A stretch of 64,000 nucleotides of DNA, taken from contig DATMBG010000037.1 in assembly GCA_035559535.1 (NCBI GenBank), positions 62,001-126,000 of the forward strand, in the 5' to 3' direction. The DNA is from Candidatus Limnocylindrales bacterium (GTDB lineage Bacteria > Moduliflexota > Moduliflexia > Moduliflexales > JAUQPW01). The stretch's first letter is position 1; each line of letters begins with the position of its first letter. The notes below the pieces were generated by a model. It saw only the letters and a program-made list of their open reading frames with translations, was not told the origin of the DNA and did no database searches. The translations under genes were made by a program, and so were the position numbers. Shown in pieces: positions 38,990-48,277 of this stretch.

Positions 38990-39050
38990 AAGTCCCCATA
39001 AACTGACAAGTATAATCTTTACTTTCTGACCGGAAATAGCACCGGGTCAC

Positions 39051-39130
39051 TGTCATTGCGAGTCAGAAAGAGGCCGAAATAACCTGCCAGAGTTAACCCT
39101 GAGCTTTACCCAAGGGTTCTCGCAAGGACA
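39051..39130. repeat. REP-like element with TGTCATTGCGAG...CTCGCAAGGACA ends
   Basis: 12-bp inverted ends with one mismatch, between the ATPase and permease genes. Confidence 0.65.
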
Positions 39131-39208
39131 GCTTGCATGAGGCTTTGTTCTCGTGTTTCAAGGGTTCATAGAGAAGTTCGTAACCTGCAGCTCAAAAGAA
39201 TCGCTGAA

Positions 39209-40012
39209 TCAGGCCTTATTTTCCTGGAGTACTGCCTTCTTGGATTCTTCATAGAGATTTTTTAACAATTGAATCCGAAGATCTTCAAAGGCATCGGTGG
39301 TCATAATCTCCGGACGTCTTGGATGTGGGAAATCGACCTTTAAAACCTCTTTGATCCGCCCCGGACGGGCCGTCATCACCACAATTCGATCGGAAAGATA
39401 CACGGCTTCTGAAAGACTATGGGTAACAAAGATAATGGTCTTTCGGGTTTCTTCCCAGATTCTCATGAGTTCCTCTCCCAAAACCAGGCGGGTCTGTTCG
39501 TCCAGAGCTCCAAAGGGTTCATCCATCAAAAGTATCTCAGGATCGATGGTTAAGGCGCGGGCGATGGCAACCCTTTGTTTCATTCCTCCGGATAGCTCAT
39601 GGGGATATCGGGTTTCAAATCCCTGGAGCCCAACCAGTTTAATTTTCTCCAAGGCCTTTTCTCGCCGTTCCTGCTTAGAAATCCCTTTAAATTCAAGTCC
39701 AACTTCTACATTCTCTAACACGGTTCGCCAGGGAAAGAGGGTATATTCTTGAAAAACCATGGCGACTTTGTCCGGCCGGGGAGTTTCGATCCTTTCCCCC
39801 TCGATAAGAACTTCTCCCTGGGTAGGTCTCTGGAGTCCAGCCAAAATATGGAGGAGGGTGGACTTTCCACAACCACTGGGTCCTATGATGGTCAAAAATT
39901 CTCCTTCCTTGACCGTCAAATTAAAATTTTCTAACGCAGAAACCGGAGCCAGGGTACGTGAGAGATAGGTTACTGAAATGTTTTGTAAATCGATGAAAGC
40001 CTCCTGACTCAT
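39209..40012 (-). CDS. ABC transporter ATP-binding protein (NitT/TauT family)
   Basis: GPSGCGKST, LSGGMKQR and LLMDEPFGALD motifs. Confidence 0.96.
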   Translation of the reverse strand: MSQEAFIDLQNISVTYLSRTLAPVSALENFNLTVKEGEFLTIIGPSGCGKSTLLHILAGLQRPTQGEVLIEGERIETPRPDKVAMVFQEYTLFPWRTVLENVEVGLEFKGISKQERREKALEKIKLVGLQGFETRYPHELSGGMKQRVAIARALTIDPEILLMDEPFGALDEQTRLVLGEELMRIWEETRKTIIFVTHSLSEAVYLSDRIVVMTARPGRIKEVLKVDFPHPRRPEIMTTDAFEDLRIQLLKNLYEESKKAVLQENKA

Positions 40013-40016
40013 GTTC

Positions 40017-41018
40017 TTAATCTATTTTTACCGGTATAAACTGGCTTGAATAAAGTGTGTGAGGTTCTGGAACCGTTTTGGAAAAGCCCAGATCTGGAAG
40101 AGAGACTGCTACAGCTTCCCAGCCTTTCAGATTCCAGGTTCCGTCGGGAGAGAGTAAAGGTGCTTGAAGTTCATAGGATCTGACCGCTACGGTCTCCGGA
40201 AGTTCTAGTTTTTGCATCATCATTTTTATAGTGTAGTCTTTATTTTCTTTGATGTACCGAACGGCCCGGTACCACCCTCTCAGAAAACGCTGAACCAGTT
40301 GGGGATCGTTCTGAATCGTCTCGTTTTGAGCAAAGAGCACTTCGAAATTGAAATCGGGAATGACCGTATCAAAGGTAAGTAAGATTTTGGCCTTTCCTTC
40401 TTCTACCAATTGAAAACCCCCATCGGCACTCCATACAAAACCCTGGCTTTGACCGGTAGTAAGGGCTGCTACCTGTTCTTTAAATCCGCCCAGCGCCAGG
40501 ATGTTTATTCCCGTTTTAGGATCCCAACCCTGTTGCCTGGCTAATGTTCTGACTAAGTAATCCGTTAAGGCTCCATGGCGGGTTACTCCAATAGATTTTC
40601 CCAGCAAATCCTGAACAGATTGAATACCGGATTGAGGAGCCACCAGTACCATCATGGTTGTTAAGGGGGATATAATGGAAGATACTGCCGTAATGGGGAT
40701 TTTCTTGGAGATGGCATTACCGGCGTCGACTCCGGTTATGGCTCCAAAATCGACGCTCTTAGAGGCCATAGCCACGACAACTTCGCTTCCCCCACGAAAC
40801 GATACCACTTCTACGTCTAAGCCTTCCCTCTTCCAGAAGCCTTGATCCAAAGCAACTTCGGCAGGAATGCGAAAACCAAAATCTTTAGCTACTCCAAGTC
40901 CTAACGTGATCTTTTTGAGTTCCTGAGCAAAAAGATTTGAAGGGATAATAGATCCCAAAATCCAAGCGGAAATAGCCACTCTCCAGCAAAATTCAAAGAG
41001 TTTTTGAGCCACTTTCAT
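40017..41018 (-). CDS. ABC transporter substrate-binding protein (SsuA/THI5-like)
   Basis: Signal peptide; GFWKREGLDVE and DLLGKSIGVT motifs. Confidence 0.9.
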   Translation of the reverse strand: MKVAQKLFEFCWRVAISAWILGSIIPSNLFAQELKKITLGLGVAKDFGFRIPAEVALDQGFWKREGLDVEVVSFRGGSEVVVAMASKSVDFGAITGVDAGNAISKKIPITAVSSIISPLTTMMVLVAPQSGIQSVQDLLGKSIGVTRHGALTDYLVRTLARQQGWDPKTGINILALGGFKEQVAALTTGQSQGFVWSADGGFQLVEEGKAKILLTFDTVIPDFNFEVLFAQNETIQNDPQLVQRFLRGWYRAVRYIKENKDYTIKMMMQKLELPETVAVRSYELQAPLLSPDGTWNLKGWEAVAVSLPDLGFSKTVPEPHTLYSSQFIPVKID

Positions 41019-41077
41019 GTTTTCAAAGGCCTCCGGAAAAGCGCGTAGATTTTACCCTTGACCCTACAACTACCTCA

Positions 41078-41422
41078 CTATAAGTAGGTTCCCTGATCTA
41101 AATTCGTAATTCCATCTTCTTCAAGATTAAATCCTTTTCGATAGGGGAAGTAAACAATGGATTTGACATTTCCCCATGGAATTAAAACTTCCGCAATATG
41201 AGTTTCTTTCTGACGTTCCGAGACGGGAATGAGAGATCCGTCTTCCCTCCGCACGTTTATCACCTCAAACTTGGGATTCTCAATCCATAAGCCAATTTGG
41301 TCATAGCCGACTAATTTGGCGTAGAAATTCCGATCTGTAATTCCAGCTTTTTCTAACCCTTCATGGGAAAATAAAACAATGAGCACCTTTCTGTTAATAA
41401 CCTTTTCGATGTCCATTCTCAT
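41078..41422 (-). CDS. Hypothetical protein, possible Sm/LSm-like fold
   Basis: AKLVGYDQIGLWIE (Sm1-like) and VLIPWGNVKSI (Sm2-like) segments. Confidence 0.55.
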   Translation of the reverse strand: MRMDIEKVINRKVLIVLFSHEGLEKAGITDRNFYAKLVGYDQIGLWIENPKFEVINVRREDGSLIPVSERQKETHIAEVLIPWGNVKSIVYFPYRKGFNLEEDGITNLDQGTYL

Positions 41423-41715
41423 TCTCGATTCTAATAGCTTCTTTCTTCTTCCTATGAATTATTAGGAATCGATTTATCGAACATAACCCAATGGGTTTTA
41501 TTCTGTCAATACAAAAACTGAAAATTAACATGCAAATTGACTTTTCTAAATGATAGAATAGGTTAACCTTTTAGGATTTGACAACAAATTATTACCAGGA
41601 ATCTTTTGTAGGAGGAAATACTTTTTTGCCTCGCGGACGACCCGGCCTGACATTCTGGTCTATAACCTGTTTTCCCACTGGAAAGGTTAAAATTTTAAGA
41701 TTTTTTAAAGCAACT

Positions 41716-41806
41716 ATACCAATTTAGTAGGTGTCACTTTTTCTGTCTGAACACCTCCCCTCCCCCCTGGAGGGGGGAGTGTTTTTTTTAACCTACTAAA
41801 TGGATA
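41716..41806. repeat. Small palindromic/MITE-like element
   Basis: ATTTAGTAGG...CCTACTAAAT inverted ends around a CTCCCCCCT-GG-AGGGGGGAG hairpin. Confidence 0.6.
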
Positions 41807-41830
41807 CGGATACTTTTTTAAATAAGGGTA

Positions 41831-41858
41831 TTGACAAAAATCCTTTTAAGCGTATTAT
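41831..41858 (+). promoter_or_regulatory. Putative sigma70 promoter of cspA with a long 5' UTR
   Basis: TTGACA-N16-TATTAT about 145 nt upstream of the start codon. Confidence 0.55.
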
Positions 41859-42003
41859 ATTACTGTTTGTTTATCTTAAGAGTAAGTTGTTAGTTTGTGA
41901 TGGTAAGTTTTTATTTTTAGAAAAAGAAGCGAGACCAGTTTTTTATTCCTAAAGATGAAGGCTGCTATGAAAGCAAACTAACTGAAAAAGGAGGATAGAT
42001 TCT

Positions 42004-42207
42004 TTGAGGCAAACGGGTAAAGTTAAATGGTTCAATGAAAAGAAAGGTTTTGGGTTCATTGAACAGGAGAATGGGCAAGATGTATTTGTTCATTTTTCGG
42101 CTATCCTGGGTGATGGATTCAGGACTTTAGCTGAAGGGCAGAAAGTTGAATTTGAACTTCAGAATGGTCCGAAAGGGATCCAAGCAGCCAAGGTTGTAAA
42201 GCTATAA
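42004..42207 (+). CDS. cspA: Cold-shock protein
   Basis: [15 protein letters not shown] and DVFVHFSAI motifs; AGGAGG RBS. Confidence 0.97.
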   Translation: MRQTGKVKWFNEKKGFGFIEQENGQDVFVHFSAILGDGFRTLAEGQKVEFELQNGPKGIQAAKVVKL

Positions 42208-42228
42208 TAGATCTATTATAGGACAGTG

Positions 42229-42262
42229 AAAAACCCCTTGGGTAATACCCAAGGGGTTTTTT
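42229..42262 (+). terminator. Rho-independent terminator, possibly bidirectional
   Basis: AAAAACCCCTTGGGTA-A-TACCCAAGGGGTTTTTT. Confidence 0.88.
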
Positions 42263-42379
42263 ATTTATGTTGATTCAGGATCCGGGTTGTGGGGCCGACT
42301 CATGGGAGCCTGTCCGGAGTTCATCCAGGATTCAGCCTGAAGGGGGTTTTGAGTCCTTAGGGCCTTTCGATCTAAAGTA

Positions 42380-43435
42380 TCAGGTTTGAAAGGGAACGGG
42401 TACCTGAAGCTCTCGGGCGATAGTTAAAATTTGATTCCAGGTCTCTTCTTCCACAAAAATCCCTTCTTTTTGTCGGCGTTGGGTCTCCTTGAGCTCCGGT
42501 TCACCGGGGACCAGTACTTCTTCAAACCCCGGCATCGGAGGACAGGTTTTTATATATCGAATCAAATCGGCCACCTGATCTTTAAAAATGGAGATGGGGA
42601 CAAAGTTTTCGACATCAATTACAATAAGAAAAGTCCCATTACCCAGACGACGGGCATCCTCTCGAGAATATCCGGCTGTAGTCAGGATTCCCGAGAAGAT
42701 TTCAATCATAAAAGCCAGACCAAACCCTTTGTAACCGACGGAACCTCCCAGGGGAAGCAGAGCTCCGGGAGGCGTTTTATATAAAACCTCCGGGTCCGTC
42801 GAAGGATTCCCTTCAGGGTCGATCAACCATCCTTGCGGAACCGGCTCTTTCCGATTCACCTTAACCCGGATTTTTCCTTGAGAGACGGTACTGGTAGCAA
42901 TGTCCAGGACAAGGGGAATTTCTCCTTTAGAAGGAACTGCAATGGCTATGGGATTCGTGGCCAATCGCGGGGCCCGCCCTCCGAAAGGGGCTACATTTTG
43001 AGCCTTACCGCAGGCATTAACCATACAAATACCTATCAGGTCTTGTTGAGCAGCCATGAGACAGTAATCCCCTAAGCGTCCCACATGGTTAGAGTTAAAA
43101 ACCCCTACGGCACTGATTTTATGAGTCCTGGCTTTTTCAATAGCCAGCTCCATTGCCTTTCGCGCAATCACCATACCAAATCCCCAATTACCATTTACCA
43201 GGGCTGTAGAAGGCGTCTCCCGGACTACCTCAAATTTGGCTCCTGGAATCAACTGTCCCTTCCGAATAGCCTGAACGTATTGGCTGATCCGAATAACCCC
43301 ATGGGAATCATGACCCGCCAGGTTAGCGGAAACAAGTGCCTCCATAACAAGGGTGGCTTCTTCCTCTGAAGCTCCACTGGCTTTAAAAATATCCCTTCCA
43401 AGTTGCTTGAGCTGTTCTGCAGTAAATCTAGGCAT
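42380..43435 (-). CDS. Ldh_2 family oxidoreductase (malate/L-lactate/ureidoglycolate dehydrogenase-like)
   Basis: GHDSHG, NHVGRLG, TNPIAIA, DIATS and GYKGFGL motifs. Confidence 0.92.
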   Translation of the reverse strand: MPRFTAEQLKQLGRDIFKASGASEEEATLVMEALVSANLAGHDSHGVIRISQYVQAIRKGQLIPGAKFEVVRETPSTALVNGNWGFGMVIARKAMELAIEKARTHKISAVGVFNSNHVGRLGDYCLMAAQQDLIGICMVNACGKAQNVAPFGGRAPRLATNPIAIAVPSKGEIPLVLDIATSTVSQGKIRVKVNRKEPVPQGWLIDPEGNPSTDPEVLYKTPPGALLPLGGSVGYKGFGLAFMIEIFSGILTTAGYSREDARRLGNGTFLIVIDVENFVPISIFKDQVADLIRYIKTCPPMPGFEEVLVPGEPELKETQRRQKEGIFVEEETWNQILTIARELQVPVPFQT

Positions 43436-43488
43436 GGCTTAACAGGGCATAGTGGGTGGTGGACAGTCAGCCTGTGAGAGGGGTCGAT

Positions 43489-43660
43489 GACCGGAACGTT
43501 AACCTGAGGTTGCAGAACGGAATGACATTTTCGACCCGAAGAATCGTGGATTCGTCTTACCGGTCGTATCAACTACCGATTCACGAACATGAAGGGTTAA
43601 GTCGGCAGCCTTGAGGTTCAACCAGGGAAGAAAAGATTCCTCTTCCGTGAGGGACCGGTC
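43489..43660 (+). ncRNA. Candidate structured RNA (long interrupted hairpin)
   Basis: Nested complementary segments with several G-U pairs that form only on the + strand; no family recognised. Confidence 0.3.
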
Positions 43661-43683
43661 TCCTACTACTCACTGCCCATCGC

Positions 43684-44778
43684 CTACTGCCCACTTTTAT
43701 CTAATAATTTTTCCAAAATCTTTTTATTGGCTTTTGGAAAGGCATACCGGGGTAAATCATCTGGCGAAACCCATTTCCAGTCTATACATCCCAGGGGCTT
43801 GGGGTCCCCCGAAAGGTAAGTACAATGAAAACTATGCAACGTAATTCGAAAATGGGTATAAGCATGCCGGACCACCATAAACGGTTTGTCAACTTTGACC
43901 TCAATCCCAAGTTCTTCGCGTACTTCCCGCACTACACACGCTTCCAAAGATTCCCCTTCCTGGAGCTTACCACCCGGAAATTCCCAAAGTCCCCCTAAAA
44001 GCCCCTCCAGGGGACGCAAGGCAATAAGAACTTGACGATCCTTCCAGATAATTCCTACGCAAATATGATAATGGGGAAGGGTTTTTTTGGGGGCTTTTAC
44101 CGGTAGGGCAGTGGGATCTCCTGACGCCCGAGCCTGGCATAAAGATCTCAAAGGACAGAGAAGACAAATGGGTCCTTGGGGCCTACAAACTAAGGCCCCT
44201 AATTCCATGAGAGCTTGATTAAAAATACCGGCCTTGCCAGGTGGCAGAAGTTCTCCTGCCAGTTGAAGCAACTCCCTTTTAACCCCCCCAGATCTGGGAT
44301 CTTTATCGATATGAAAGACCCGACAAAGGACGCGAATCACATTTCCATCTAAAACCGGATAATCTTGATGGTAGGCAATGCTCAGAATAGCCCGGACTGT
44401 ATAGGGACCGATTCCCGGCAGTTGGGATAACTCTTTAAACGTATCTGGAATTTTTCCCCCATAATCTTCTACAATTCGCTGAGCAGCTTTGTGAAGATTT
44501 CGAGCCCGGGCATAGTACCCCATTCCTTCCCAAACCTTTAAAACCTTAGAAAGAGAAGCCCGAGCCAGGGCTTCCACCGTTGGAAAGGCTTCAATAAATC
44601 GGTAAAAGTAAGGAAGAACCTGATCCACCTGGGTTTGTTGTAGCATAACTTCAGATACCCAAATCTGATAAGGATCTTGGGTTCGACGCCAGGGAAGATC
44701 TCGTTTCTGATCTTGAAACCAGGTTAAAAGATTTTGTTGAAAATTTTGTTTGAGTTCTGAGGAAATCCCCATAACCAT
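43684..44778 (-). CDS. mutY: A/G-specific adenine glycosylase with C-terminal Nudix domain
   Basis: WVSEVMLQQT, LPGIGPYT, LDGNVIRV, a four-Cys Fe-S motif and a complete Nudix box. Confidence 0.95.
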   Translation of the reverse strand: MVMGISSELKQNFQQNLLTWFQDQKRDLPWRRTQDPYQIWVSEVMLQQTQVDQVLPYFYRFIEAFPTVEALARASLSKVLKVWEGMGYYARARNLHKAAQRIVEDYGGKIPDTFKELSQLPGIGPYTVRAILSIAYHQDYPVLDGNVIRVLCRVFHIDKDPRSGGVKRELLQLAGELLPPGKAGIFNQALMELGALVCRPQGPICLLCPLRSLCQARASGDPTALPVKAPKKTLPHYHICVGIIWKDRQVLIALRPLEGLLGGLWEFPGGKLQEGESLEACVVREVREELGIEVKVDKPFMVVRHAYTHFRITLHSFHCTYLSGDPKPLGCIDWKWVSPDDLPRYAFPKANKKILEKLLDKSGQ

Positions 44779-44973
44779 CAGAATTCAGGAGTTAGAATTC
44801 AAGGATCGGAAGCCAAAGGTCGTTCTGACTCCGACTCTGGCTTCCTGAATTCTGTAGCCTTCAGGTTTTTTCATTTGACAAGTGTTAAAGAACATGATAA
44901 AAGAAGAACTAACGTTAGTAAATTGTGGGGGATGGTTTCCATCTGGTCTTTTAAGGAAAAATAAACAAGAACT

Positions 44974-47013
44974 ATGTTGAGTTCTAAATTATTTATTTCC
45001 ATTATCTGTCCTCATTGTCAAACCAGGTATCGGGTTCCTTCTGAGAAAATTCCATGGGATAAGACCCGTTCTTCAGATCGCCCACTCAAAACCCGGTGCT
45101 TAAAATGTCAATATATCTTCACTTTTTCAAAAAAACCACTGACTTCGGAATTCCCTTCAAAAGAAAAGATTCCTCCTTTTCCCAATTTAACAGAGCAGGA
45201 CCCAGAATCCAGAGAAGGTTTCAACTTAACCCAGAGCCGGCAAACCCAAGACACAGCTTCATCGGTGCGATCAACCCAGAGAAATCTCAAGGACCGGACT
45301 CAGACAAGGTCTAAAAAATTTAAATTCTTTCTCGTTCTCCTTATGGCCTTGTTAACCGGACTTCTTTTTTATGGGCTTTACGACCTCTCAAAATGGATTT
45401 GGATAGGGATACAAATGAAACGTCTGGATATCCAAAGAAATGGAATGGGATTAGCAAAAAAATTTGGTGTTGAAGAAGGCTTAACGGCACAAGGTTACTA
45501 CGAGAAGGGGCGACAATATTTTTTGTTGGACAACGAAGACGGCTACGCCCGGGCAGAAACTTATTATATCAAAGGGATATCCTTAGATATCCATAATCCC
45601 CTATTTCTTGCTGCCTTGGCGGAAAATTATGTAGCCTGGGGACAAAACCGGGAAGATACAGAACTTTTAGAAAAGGGCTATCAGTTGGCAAAAAAAGCCC
45701 TCGGTCTGGCGTCCAACCAGGTTGAAGGGTATCGGGTTATTGCAGACCTTCTGAAGTACCATCATCAGTATGATGAATCCGAGAAAATGATAAAAAAGGC
45801 CTTAGAATTAAAACCTGAAGATGCAGATTCTCAATATGTTCTGGGAAGCCTGGTTCTGGCGAAGGGAGACAACTATGGAGTGGCCTATGAACATCTTAAA
45901 AAAGCACTGGATTTAAATCCTACTTTAGTCCGGGCGTATGCCGATTTAACGACTCTTTTAGCAGATCTTGAACTTTACGAAGAAACCCTGACCTATGCCC
46001 GTAAAGGGCTTGAACTGAATCCAGAACATCTACGTTTAAAAATTAATCTGGCAACAGCCTACAAAGGAGTCAAGGATTATGTCGGAGCCCTTCAGATTTA
46101 TCAACAACTCCTGGAGGTAAGACCCCGACATTTCCAGATTCTTAATAGATTAGGAGAACTCTTTAATACCCTGGGTAATTATGATAATGCCATCTGGTAC
46201 CTGACTCAAGCCACAGAATTTAATCCCTATGAAGCCCTGGGGTATGCCAATTTAGGGGATAGCTATTTCGGAAAAGGGGATTATAAAACGGCGACCCAGA
46301 TGTATCAGAAAGCCATCCAGTTGAGTCCTCAATCGGCTAGTTACCATTATAAATTGGGAGGTACTTACCTGAAACAGCGCAAATTCGAATTGGTTAAGAG
46401 CAGTTATCAGAGGGGGCTGGAACTGGATCGTAATAAGTTTAACTATTATATGGCCATGGGCAAAATGTATCGGGAGCAGCAATTCCATCAGCTTGCCCTG
46501 GAGGCTTATCAGCGGGCCTTTATTTTACAATCCAGAAATAAAGAGGTTTTGGAAGAGTTGGTTAAGACTTATCAAGATCTGAATCGGATTGATGAGGCCA
46601 GGCCTTACCAACAACTCCTGGGACTTCCGGGTCTTGAAAAAATTTCTAGAGCGGTGGAAGGAGGCATTCGCTGCCTGGAAAAAAAGACTTATTCACTGGC
46701 TATTCTCAAATTCCAGGAGGCCTTGGAATGGGATAAAAATTATGCCCAGGCTTATTTTTATCTGGGTAAAACCTACGAATTGTCCGGCAATCCAGAATCA
46801 GCGTTAAGCGCCTACGTTTCTTCACTCAAAGTTCCCGATACCCTGTCGCCGGAAGCTAAGAGTTATCTGGTCAGTTATGTAGAAACCCATGCCGCTGAGT
46901 CTGGAATTTCTGTTCTCATCGATCTTCTAAAAAATGACCCAAATCCAGAAATACAGACTAAAATAACCGAATTGCTTCGGAAAGGAAAGATTCCCGGTTC
47001 GGTCGGCAATTAG
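44974..47013 (+). CDS. Zinc-ribbon (MJ0042-like) + TM + TPR repeat protein
   Basis: CPHCQTRY...RCLKCQYIF, one TM helix, many TPR-like repeats. Confidence 0.85.
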   Translation: MLSSKLFISIICPHCQTRYRVPSEKIPWDKTRSSDRPLKTRCLKCQYIFTFSKKPLTSEFPSKEKIPPFPNLTEQDPESREGFNLTQSRQTQDTASSVRSTQRNLKDRTQTRSKKFKFFLVLLMALLTGLLFYGLYDLSKWIWIGIQMKRLDIQRNGMGLAKKFGVEEGLTAQGYYEKGRQYFLLDNEDGYARAETYYIKGISLDIHNPLFLAALAENYVAWGQNREDTELLEKGYQLAKKALGLASNQVEGYRVIADLLKYHHQYDESEKMIKKALELKPEDADSQYVLGSLVLAKGDNYGVAYEHLKKALDLNPTLVRAYADLTTLLADLELYEETLTYARKGLELNPEHLRLKINLATAYKGVKDYVGALQIYQQLLEVRPRHFQILNRLGELFNTLGNYDNAIWYLTQATEFNPYEALGYANLGDSYFGKGDYKTATQMYQKAIQLSPQSASYHYKLGGTYLKQRKFELVKSSYQRGLELDRNKFNYYMAMGKMYREQQFHQLALEAYQRAFILQSRNKEVLEELVKTYQDLNRIDEARPYQQLLGLPGLEKISRAVEGGIRCLEKKTYSLAILKFQEALEWDKNYAQAYFYLGKTYELSGNPESALSAYVSSLKVPDTLSPEAKSYLVSYVETHAAESGISVLIDLLKNDPNPEIQTKITELLRKGKIPGSVGN

Positions 47014-47027
47014 ATTTTTTGTTTCTT

Positions 47028-47327
47028 CTATTCCTTCTCAAGTTTCCGCCAATCCATGATGAACCAGCTTTTTTCATGGAGCATAGTAGCCAGAGCATCG
47101 ATTAATGTGGTGGTGATTTCCGAGTCTTCTTCTGTACCGTTTACCACCAACGTTTGTTGGACATCTTCGATTTTGTAAGCGGTTAATCCATCCTGGCTGA
47201 TCCAGAACACAGGCCACTTTCCCAGAACTTCTAAAAAATCCGCTCTGGTTATATGGGCTGTTTTGGCGGCTTCTTCTAAGGATAAGGTCCCTGCCTGAAA
47301 TGCTTTAATCACTTCCTTCATATCCAT
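47028..47327 (-). CDS. Small protein with N-terminal UPF0175-like HTH
   Basis: FQAGTLSLEEAAKTAHITRADFLEVL. Confidence 0.55.
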   Translation of the reverse strand: MDMKEVIKAFQAGTLSLEEAAKTAHITRADFLEVLGKWPVFWISQDGLTAYKIEDVQQTLVVNGTEEDSEITTTLIDALATMLHEKSWFIMDWRKLEKE

Positions 47328-47378
47328 ATTACCTGCTCCCGGACGGATCTGGTCCAACTCAAGGAACCTGTTAAGAGG

Positions 47379-47433
47379 ATCACTGAGTCCTACCCCCGGT
47401 ACTCTTAACGGAACTTATCACTGAGTCCTACCC
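47379..47433. repeat. 17-bp direct repeat, two copies, 38-nt period
   Basis: ATCACTGAGTCCTACCC at 47379 and 47417. Confidence 0.85.
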
Positions 47434-47772
47434 AAGTACCCTGGTAAAGATGCAAACCGTGTTCCACCAAGGGACTAGGAACGATATTTTACGGAGACAG
47501 CCAAACCCTGGGGTGAGAGTTGGCTTGACACCTCTCAAAGAGAGGTGAAGGGTTTCCTTACCCTGAAATCTTTTTCATTTTCAACGGAATCCCTTTCGCT
47601 TCATTTTCCGGAATTTCATGGTGTTTACTTAAAGATAGAGGTCAAAGTAAGTCGTTTCACGATGAAAGAACATAATTTCCCGGGATTCCTTTTCTAAAAA
47701 CTCCTTGAACTATCTCATTTTTGGTTATATAATGCATGTAGCATTTAGCGATTCCTCCGGGGAAATTAAAAA

Positions 47773-48231
47773 ATGGCCGAAGAAAAAATTGTATGTACCA
47801 ATAAGACTGCCCGGCATGATTATTTCATAACGGATACCTATGAAGCTGGGATTGTCCTCCAGGGGACCGAAGTTAAATCCCTTCGAGAAGGACGAGCTAA
47901 CTTAAAGGATAGTTATGCCCAGATCAAAGATGGCGAGTTGTTCCTGGTCAACTGTCATATCAGCCCTTATACCCACGGGAACCAATTTAATCACGATCCG
48001 ACCCGTCCTCGTAAACTGTTGCTCCATAAAAAAGAGATCCGTCGGCTCATTGGTAAAGTGGCCGAAAAAGGTTTTACTCTCATTCCCTTGAAGATCTACT
48101 TTAAAAATGGAATCGCTAAAGTAGAGCTGGGCCTGGCTAAAGGTAAAAAAGCCTATGATAAGCGTGAGGATATGAAGGAGCGAGATGCACGACGGGAAGT
48201 TGAAAGGGCCCTTAAAAAGAGCCTTCGATAG
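47773..48231 (+). CDS. smpB: SsrA-binding protein
   Basis: [26 protein letters not shown] and GKKAYDKR motifs. Confidence 0.98.
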   Translation: MAEEKIVCTNKTARHDYFITDTYEAGIVLQGTEVKSLREGRANLKDSYAQIKDGELFLVNCHISPYTHGNQFNHDPTRPRKLLLHKKEIRRLIGKVAEKGFTLIPLKIYFKNGIAKVELGLAKGKKAYDKREDMKERDARREVERALKKSLR

Positions 48232-48277
48232 GTGAGAGGCGAAAGGCAAGAAATAAAGAAGAAGGATTTCTTATTTC

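Noticed and set aside
47379-47433. Possible mini-CRISPR or type III antitoxin array
   Set aside because: Only two 17-bp copies with a 21-nt gap; no cas or ToxN-like gene nearby.
47358-47772. tmRNA (ssrA) next to smpB
   Set aside because: No tRNA-like 5' end or T-arm/CCA 3' end recognisable on either strand.
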